Below are positions 56,272 through 64,000 of a stretch of 64,000 nt of DNA, in pieces. Numbering within the stretch: position 1 is the first letter of the stretch; every line of letters starts with the position of its first letter. The position numbers and the translations under genes were made by a program. The notes under the pieces were generated by a model that made no database searches, was not told where the DNA came from, and worked only from the letters and a program-made list of their open reading frames with translations. This DNA is from an uncultured Phycisphaerales bacterium (GTDB lineage Bacteria > Planctomycetota > Phycisphaerae > Tepidisphaerales > Tepidisphaeraceae), in contig CAVWLP010000002.1 in NCBI GenBank assembly GCA_963755915.1, positions 4,160,001-4,224,000 of the forward strand. The letters run 5' to 3'.

Positions 56272-56811
56272 TCACGTTCGGGCGCGGTGAAATCTTTCAT
56301 ACATCAACAGAGTCGCGATGGTCTTACCATCCATGATCTCGGCACTGTCGATTAATTTCAATGCATCATCAAACAGTGTAGGCATTATTTCTATCTCTTC
56401 TCCATCCTCCAATGCCTGTTCTTTCTTTTCCAGACCAAACGCCGCAAAGGCGTACAATTTTTCCGTCAAAATCCCCGGCGAAGAATAAAAAGCCCCGATC
56501 CGCTGCAGACGACCCGCCAGATACCCCGTCTCTTCCAAAAGCTCCCTCCCTGCGCAGTTCATCGGGTCTTCCCCTTTTTCCAATGTTCCCGCCGGCAGCT
56601 CGATCAAAACCTGGTGAACCGAATACCGATGGTTCCGGATCAGCAGCACCCTCCCATCTTCCATCACCGGCAAAATCACCACCGCCCCCGGATGGATCAC
56701 CATCTCCCTGCTGTATTCCTTCCCCGTCTCTTCATCCTCCACCCGATCGACCTCTACCTGCACCTTTTTACCCTTGAAAACATGCTGTTTCTCGATCAAG
56801 CGGTAATGCAT
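56272..56811 (-). CDS. NUDIX hydrolase (ADP-ribose pyrophosphatase-like)
   Basis: HPGAVVILP and Nudix box ELPAGTLEKGEDPMNCAGRELLEETGY, SSPG. Confidence 0.92.
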   Translation of the reverse strand: MHYRLIEKQHVFKGKKVQVEVDRVEDEETGKEYSREMVIHPGAVVILPVMEDGRVLLIRNHRYSVHQVLIELPAGTLEKGEDPMNCAGRELLEETGYLAGRLQRIGAFYSSPGILTEKLYAFAAFGLEKKEQALEDGEEIEIMPTLFDDALKLIDSAEIMDGKTIATLLMYERFHRART

Positions 56812-57263
56812 CGAACGCGATCTCCCAAATCAAGTATACCGAACTACCGCGCATTTCGAACCCGCAAAATGTGGGCCAGATCCCTGTGTAGCCGGCGAGC
56901 TTGCTCGCCGCGTTTCCCCGCTGCCTTATACGCATAGTCTGCCCAGCCGGAAGCTGATAAGGTTGTCCCCAGATTGAAGATAAGCATTCCTGAATCGCTA
57001 GTTATTTGGGGCCTTGGAGCCATCGGATGCACCTTAATCACGTCAGCTCGATCTACCTCTGCATCTTCCTACTCTTCGAAGCGGCAATCTGGGTCATCCT
57101 CGACCTCGCCTCCCCCCGCCTGACCATCACCCCCCCACTCCCTGAATCTCCCCTTCCACCCCCCTCCCCCCTCCCCCACCCAATACATATCAACCCCAGC
57201 GAATGGGACACCCGGCCCCGCCCCTTATACAATCCCCCACCCGCTCCAAATCATCCTCCCCCG

Positions 57264-59412
57264 ATGCACTCCGCCGATTTCATCCTCCTCCTCGTCGTCC
57301 AGACAGGCCTGATCCTCGCCCTCAGCCGGATCATGGGCTACCTCTTCGTCCGCTTCCGCCAGCCCCAGGTCATGGGCGAAATGATCGCCGGCATCATGCT
57401 CGGCCCCAGCCTCTTCGGCTGGCTCGCCCCGCAAATATTTCACCAGGTCTTCACCTCCCAAAGCATTCCCTATCTGGAAGCCCTCAGCCAGATCGGCGTA
57501 ATCTTCTTCCTCTTCCTCATCGGCCTCGAACTCGACCCCAAGCTCATCCGAAACCGCGGCCGCACCGCTCTGCTCATCAGCAACGCCAGCATCATCGCCC
57601 CCTTCCTCATGGGCGTGCTGGTCGCCCTTCTTCTCTACCCCAAACTTTTCAACGCCCGCCGTCCGCTTTTCCTCCGTCGCGATGTTCTTCGGCGCCGCCA
57701 TGAGCATCACCGCCTTCCCCGTCCTGGCGCAGGATTCTAACCGAGCGAAATCTCCACAAAACTCACGTCGGCGCCATCGCCATCACCTGCGCCGCCGTCA
57801 ACGACGCCGTGGCCTGGTGCATGCTCGCCCTCGTCATCGCCGTCGCCCGCGCCACCGGCGTTGGCCCCGGCCTCATCACCGCCGCCGAAGCCGTCCTCTA
57901 CATCCTCGTCATGTTCTTCCTCGTCCGCCCCTTCCTTCGCCGCCTCCAGCTCGCCTTCGAAGGCCGCAGCGGCATGAACCAGAACCTCCTCGCCGTCATT
58001 TTCGTCCTCGTCCTCGCCTCTTCCTTCGTCACCGAATGGATCGGCATCCATGCCCTCTTCGGCGCTTTCGTCATGGGCGCCATCATGCCCAAGGGAACGC
58101 TCTTCGTTAAAACCCTCACCGAAAAACTCGAAGACTTCACCGTCGTCCTCCTCCTCCCGATCTTCTTCGCCTACACCGGCCTGCGCACCCAACTCGGCCT
58201 CCTCGACCACCCCTCCCTCTGGTTTTACACATGCATCATCATCCTCGCCGCCAGCGCCGGAAAATTCGGCGGCGCCGCCCTCGCCGCTCGCGTCGCCGGC
58301 CTCACCTGGCGCGAATCCTCCGCCATCGGCATCCTCATGAACACCCGCGGCCTCATGGAACTCGTCATCCTCAACATCGGCCGCGACCTCGGCGTCATCA
58401 CCGACTCCGTCTTCGCCATGATGGTCATCATGGCCATCGTCACCACCGCACTCACCACCCCCATCCTCCATCTCGTCCATCCCAAAGTCGAAGCCGAAGC
58501 CGACCAGCTCGCCGAAGCGGCCGAGCAAAAACCCTTCTCCGTCCTCATCCCCGTCGCCTTCCCCGCCAGCGGCGGCCCCCTCGCCCAAATGGCCGCCCTC
58601 CTCACCCCCCCCATCGACGCCGGCCGAAGAATCATCGCCCTTCACCTCCAGCGCCTTGCCGACCGCGACCCCTATTCCGTCCGCATGTCCGACACCATCG
58701 ACCAGCCCACCGAAACGCTCGAACCATTGCTCGCCGCCGCCAAACGGCTGGAGATTCCCGCCGAGCCCATCGCCTTCGTCAGCCGCGACATCCCCAGCGA
58801 CATCGCCCGCATCGCCCGCCTTCGTTCCGCCCAGATCTGATCCTCATGGGCTTTCACAAACCCGTCTTTGGCCAGGCCATCCTCGGTGGCACCGTCCACC
58901 GCGTCATGACCGCCAGCGACAACGACGTCGCCGTCTTCGTCGACCGCGGCATCAAGACCGAAATCCGCACCGTCCTCGCCCCCTACCTCGGCGGCAAACA
59001 CGATCTCCTCGCCCTCGACTTCGCCGGCCGCATCGCCCGCAACGGCAGGGCCGAGCTGACCGTCCTCCACATCGTCCCCCCCGCGCGCTCCCAAACCGAC
59101 GCCGTCCTCCACGCCCGCACCGCGGTCGACCGCACCTTCGCCGACCCATCCCAGCCCACGCCCGTCCACTTCCAGGTCATCGAAGACCAAAGCCCGGTAG
59201 ATGCCGTCATCCAGCAAGCCGGCCAATACGACCTGGTGGTGATTGGCGTAGAAGAGCAATGGGGCATGCAATCCCAACTCTTCGGCTTCCGCCCCGAACG
59301 CATCGCCCGCGAAGCGACAACGTCGCTCTTGATCGTCCGCAAATACGCCGGGCCGGCGGTTCCCTCAAACCCGACCCGCGCAGAAATCTCAACCCTTCAA
59401 CCATCCACCTAG
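57264..59412 (+). CDS. CPA2 cation:proton antiporter with C-terminal USP domains (frameshifted)
   Basis: QPQVMGEMIAGIMLGPS, SITAFPVLA, HALFGAF, LLPIFFAYTGLRT, LMNTRGLMELVILNIG, USP-like tail. Confidence 0.9.
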
Positions 59413-60048
59413 TTTCCCCCCGTGTAGCCGGCGAGCTTGCTCGCCGTGAGCCTGTCGAACGACTCGCCGCTTCTCTCCCACTAAATTCTCCTCCGCTCCT
59501 CCCCAATTTTCCCCTCGCCCGGTAATCCGGGGGAGCCCCCCTGTCCTCTTCCGCCAGTTTCGGCACGATGGGTGAGGGCCGAGGAACCGAGCGCAACCAC
59601 GCTCAACAATCTTCTTCCGCCCCCTCACTGCACCTCACGAAGCCCAGATTCGACGATTCTCCCACATTCCGGGCCGCGTGACGGAGAACCGCGGAGGTCG
59701 TACCCACACCAGCGGCAGAGGCCGAGGCGCGCGTCCGCCACGGAGTTTCCTTCGCCCCTCGATTTTCAGCCAGCCGATCATGATGAAGCTGAAGGCGGCG
59801 AAATATCCCAATAAGCACGTAATGTTGGCCCATCGTGGAGTGAGACGTCCGCCAGCCGCTTCAATCACCAGCATATCAATTAAAGGTTCATATCAATTAA
59901 AGGCTCACGTCACTTTTATTTGCGCTTTTATTTGCGCCCGATTCAGTGAAAATGCTTGAATTAGCGAACACTCATATATCTCTGGACGTCCCGCATTGCT
60001 CTGGTATTCTCTGTCCGTCCGGAGCTTGTTAACGCGACTCGTTGGCTA

Positions 60049-61074
60049 ATGCAAAACCTCGTCTGTAATCTACCTCGCGGCGGTCAGATGCCAGAAGACA
60101 GCGATCCTTCACTTCAGATCCCAATTTGTGAGATGCCTGAGGGCTGCAGTCGAATTTCATCCATATTCAAATTTACTGCCCGCGTTTTGATCATTTGCGC
60201 CTGTTTCGTGCTTACAGGGTGCGTCGGTGGGCAGCTGATACCACCCAGCGAGACACTGGTCATGCCAACCGGCACAGTTACCAAAATAAGCTATGTGTAC
60301 ATGGCCGAATTATCCCCCGATGGCAAGCACCTCGTCTACTGCCGCGCGACGGATGACGAAAAGGTATCACACGTTTACATTTCTAACGCAGACGGAACTA
60401 GTCCGCAGCAAGTCACAAATTCGCCGGGTGCGGATAGCGAACCCTCCTGGTCGCCCGATGGTAAACGGATCATTTTTATCCGAGCGGCCAGATTTCGACC
60501 CTACAGCCTGGGAGGAATGGTCTGGGATGACATGGATTTGTGGACTGTTGGTGCTAATGGCAATGGTGAGATTCGCGTAACCGTAAGCGATTTTTATCAG
60601 GCAGGAAGTCCGCACTTTTCACCCGATAGTCGGCGTGTAACTTTCTGGGCCGATCGCGATCCCCCAGCAAATGCTCCCCTCGGCCAGCCAGGAACGACGG
60701 ATATCGCGATTGGAGACCTCGATCGAGATGGCCCTATGCATGTAATAAAGTGGATGCCCACAACGGCCGGCCCCGATGGGAGTGAATATTTTTCCGCCTT
60801 GAACCGCGATCCGTCTTTTTCCCCGGATGGTTCGACCATCGCGTTCGTTTCAAATCGCGTTGGGAATGTTTCTCCCTTTGATTATGAAATCTGGCTGACA
60901 GATCCGGCATTTGATCGAGTCATTCAACTCACACACCTACACATGGTTTTGGCGTCACCAACGTTCACGTCCGATGGCCAACATATCCTTTTCACCGCTG
61001 GGTTCACTGACGGCGGGAAGTATCTGCTATGGCAGGTGAACCCAAACGGAAGTGGCAGAAGGCAGCTAAGGTGA
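60049..61074 (+). CDS. TolB-like PD40-repeat beta-propeller lipoprotein
   Basis: LTGC lipobox and repeated SPDG motifs (PSWSPDGK, PSFSPDGS); lower GC; start uncertain. Confidence 0.8.
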   Translation: MQNLVCNLPRGGQMPEDSDPSLQIPICEMPEGCSRISSIFKFTARVLIICACFVLTGCVGGQLIPPSETLVMPTGTVTKISYVYMAELSPDGKHLVYCRATDDEKVSHVYISNADGTSPQQVTNSPGADSEPSWSPDGKRIIFIRAARFRPYSLGGMVWDDMDLWTVGANGNGEIRVTVSDFYQAGSPHFSPDSRRVTFWADRDPPANAPLGQPGTTDIAIGDLDRDGPMHVIKWMPTTAGPDGSEYFSALNRDPSFSPDGSTIAFVSNRVGNVSPFDYEIWLTDPAFDRVIQLTHLHMVLASPTFTSDGQHILFTAGFTDGGKYLLWQVNPNGSGRRQLR

Positions 61075-61707
61075 ACATCCGTTATGCGATCCGAGAAGAG
61101 TGAAGGGACGTGAACCTTAATATTAACGGTTTACGTCCCCTTTGATTCCCGCTGCCCCCAAAAGCCACACCAGACCGGAAATCTCAACCGTCCACGCGTG
61201 ACGGCGGCTGGACGCGGCCGGGCGGTACTCCGCGCAGGCCGGATGCCGTGAAGCCGGAAGCGAAATAATTTGTTGCTCGCCGCCGCCGCCGCAGGCAGCA
61301 AACTCCAATCAGCGTGCCCAATCCAACTAAGCTGGAGGGTTCAGGCACCGAATACGTATACCGGGGCTTCGCGCGACCGATTGCTCCGTCGTCACGCCCG
61401 GGCGGCTACACGGCTAACGGGTCATTCCATGGTGAACTCCTTTCAGTTCACAAGACAAAACCGGTTTCACTGACGCACCAGAGGCGCTGAGCGCGGAGAT
61501 GGGAAAGAAATAACCGTCGAATGGTCTTTGCTCGGTCCTCTGCGAGCTCCGCGCCTCCGCGTGAGGTCCGCTTTAATCCCACAATCCATTAAGTTAGCGA
61601 TTACTAATTTAAATCGTAAAACTGTCAGATTTTGTCAGATTCTGTCAGGTCGCTCCCACCCCCTGACTTGACTTTTCCCCAAAATCCGCTCTAATAGCCT
61701 GCTTAAT

Positions 61708-61782
61708 ATGACTCAGGTAAACCCCCTGCTTTCGCTTCAACTTACTCCGACCCTTCCGGGCCTTGGTAACGCGCGATCGTAG
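61708..61782 (+). CDS. Leucine attenuator leader peptide
   Basis: MTQVNPLLSLQLTPTLPGLGNARS has 6 Leu codons, 5 of them CTT; lies just upstream of a terminator and leuA. Confidence 0.75.
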   Translation: MTQVNPLLSLQLTPTLPGLGNARS

Positions 61783-61812
61783 GAAGCCTGACTTTTAACG
61801 TCGATTTTCAAG

Positions 61813-61843
61813 GCCCTGCGATCGAAATCGCAGGGCTTTTTTT
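61813..61843 (+). terminator. Attenuator terminator upstream of leuA
   Basis: GCCCTGCGAT-CGAA-ATCGCAGGGC then T7; GGGCCTTG (61758-65) can pair with CAAGGCCC (61809-16) as an antiterminator. Confidence 0.8.
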
Positions 61844-61882
61844 GTTGTCTCGGTTTTGGTTCTATTCTTTCAGGAGTCCGCC

Positions 61883-63443
61883 ATGGAACCCATGGACACC
61901 GTGCGAATTTTCGATACCACCCTGCGCGACGGCGAGCAATCGCCCGGCGCCACCCTCACCATGCCCGAAAAACTCGAAATCGCCAAACTCCTTGAATCCA
62001 TGGGCGTGGACATCATCGAGGCCGGCTTCCCCATCAGCTCCAACGGCGACTTCGAATCCGTCCAGGCCATCGCCGCCGAAATCGGCCGAAGCGTCGTCTG
62101 CGGTCTGGCCCGCTGCGTCCCGGGCGATATCGACCGCGCCGGCAACGCCGTGAAATCCGCGGCCAAGAAACGGATTCACATCTTCTGCGCCACCAGCAAG
62201 ATTCACCGCGAGCACAAGCTGAAAAAAGGGAAGGAAGAGATCATCCGCATCAGCGTCGAATCGGTGAAACAGGCAAGGGAATTTACGGATGACGTGGAGT
62301 TTTCGCCGGAGGATTCGAGCCGGACCGAGCTCGATTTTCTGCAGGAGATCGTTCACGCCGCGGTGGAGGCCGGCGCGACGACCGTGAATCTCCCCGACAC
62401 CGTCGGCTACGCCACGCCCAAAGGGTACGGCGAAATCTTTTCCTATCTCTTCGCGAAGCTGCCGATTCTGAAGCAGAAGAAGGTCGTTCTTTCCTGCCAT
62501 TGCCACAACGATTTGGGCCTGGCCGTCGCCAACTCCCTGGCGGCAATCGAAAACGGCGCGCGGCAGGCCGAATGTACGATCAACGGCATCGGCGAGCGCG
62601 CGGGCAACGCCGCGCATGGAAGAAATCGTCATGAGCCTGCGTACGCGGCGCGACCATTTCAAAGTCGATACGCACATTGACGCGACCAAGATTTATCCGG
62701 CCAGCCGGATGGTCAGCACCCTCACCGGCCTGGTCGTGCAGCGCAACAAAGCCATCGTCGGCGAAAATGCCTTCGCCCACGAAGCCGGGATTCACCAGGA
62801 TGGAATCCTGAAAAAGCGCGAAACGTATGAGATCATGGACCCCGCAAGCATCGGCATTCCCAAGACGTCGCTGGTTCTGGGCAAACATTCGGGCCGCCAT
62901 GCGTTTCGCGACCGCGTCAACATGCTGGGTTACAGTCTCAACGAAACCCAGCTCGAGGCCGCGTTCGAACAGTTCAAGTCGCTGGCCGACAAGAAAAAGG
63001 AAGTCTTTGACGAAGACCTGGAAGCCCTGGTGGACGACCAGTTGGAGCTGAAGGACGGACTCTGGGAACTCGTCGGCCTGCAGGTGACAGCAGGCGGCAA
63101 GACCATCCCGACGGCGACCGTCACCATGCGCGACACGAACGGGGAAACTGTGCAGGACGCCAGTGTCGGCGACGGGCCTGTCGATGCCATCTATTCCGCG
63201 ATCCAGCGAATTACGGGAATAAAGATGGTGCTGACTGATTACCGCATCCGATCGGTCACCAAGGGCAAAGAAGCCCTCGGCGAAGCCCACGTGGAGCTGG
63301 AGCACAGCAACCGCAAAATCCGCGGGCGAGGCGTGAGCACCGACATCCTCGAAGCCAGCGCCCTCGCCTACGTCGCGGCGGTCAACCGGCTGCGGAGCCT
63401 CAGCAACCGCGAAAAGACGGTGACGCAGCATTCGGGGCTTTGA
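61883..63443 (+). CDS. leuA: 2-isopropylmalate synthase (frameshift near 62615)
   Basis: [73 protein letters not shown] regulatory domain. Confidence 0.95.
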
Positions 63444-63486
63444 CCGAATTTGAAGTTTAGACGCGGCATGTTATTGTGCGTCAGTC

Positions 63487-63562
63487 CGGGGTGTAGCTCA
63501 GCTTGGTTTAGAGCGCTTGGTTCGGGACCAAGAGGTCGCAAGTTCAAATCTTGTCACCCCGA
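63487..63562 (+). tRNA. tRNA-Pro (CGG)
   Basis: Acceptor CGGGGTG/CACCCCG, D arm GCTC/GAGC, anticodon arm CTTGG-TTCGGGA-CCAAG, T loop GTTCAAATC; CCA not encoded. Confidence 0.95.
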
Positions 63563-63732
63563 TTTTTTCGCGGAGCGAAAAAATAGAGCGGAGAGTGTTG
63601 AAAGTAGAAAGTAGAGCAGAATGCAGAAAAGGCCTTCGCGAACCAACCGGGTTCCAAGTTAGCTCTCCGCGGTCTACTTTCTACTCTCTACTTTCTTGTC
63701 TTCTCCGCCCGCAGCCCAAAATAGAGCCCGCG

Positions 63733-64000
63733 TCATTTCGCCAGATTGCTCAACCGCGCGTCCATGGCGTACCAAAACCGGCGACCTTCGGGCGTTTGCA
63801 TATCCGCCATGAGCCATAGGGTTCGCGCGATTGAGGCGTTGTCGATCGCATCGACGGGGGGCTTGTTCGTCCAGGAATCAAATTCATAATCGGAATTGTT
63901 CGTCGCCCGGAGAAGAAAATGCGGATCGCCGGTCGCGCGGAACATTTCCAGATCGGCCTCCACCAATAAATGGGCCCATTTCACAGGATCGCGGTAGGCG
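63733..64000 (-). CDS. C-terminal part of an unidentified protein entering from the window edge
   Basis: Open frame to the edge, HLLVEADLEMFRATGDPHFL (possibly an alpha/alpha-toroid GH76-like fold, unverified). Confidence 0.45.
   Translation of the reverse strand, partial: AYRDPVKWAHLLVEADLEMFRATGDPHFLLRATNNSDYEFDSWTNKPPVDAIDNASIARTLWLMADMQTPEGRRFWYAMDARLSNLAK

Overview
64 kb of high-GC bacterial chromosome, most likely Planctomycetota (Phycisphaerae/Tepidisphaerales-like), judged from a DUF1559 prepilin-type protein, PEP-CTERM and LEPRxLL-type secreted proteins and dockerin-like tails. Many conserved genes (leuS, priA, cox1, actB, nifS, leuA, GH31 and others) are split by 1-bp frameshifts, which I read as long-read indel errors rather than real pseudogenes. 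In order, the window holds: (1) a LacI-regulated putative xyloglucan locus (DUF1559, PEP-CTERM, LacI, GH2, GH74, GH31-PA14) with one operator repeated over two -35 boxes; (2) RNase Z-like/CYTH/leuS, PilZ and a GNAT gene broken by an IS5; (3) a XerCD dif-like site at 22063-22090, followed immediately by two tandem, same-orientation IS1-family elements that share the 8-bp target AGTTTCGT and each carry a different membrane-protein cargo (the most interesting feature); (4) GT2, a VOC/BNR/ThiS triad and priA; (5) an alternative complex III plus caa3-type oxidase operon with adjacent RegB/RegA and a RegA box; (6) housekeeping genes, an IS5-related MITE and nested REP-like repeats; (7) a leucine attenuator, leuA and tRNA-Pro. 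All calls come from reading the sequence and the ORF track; no database searches were run.
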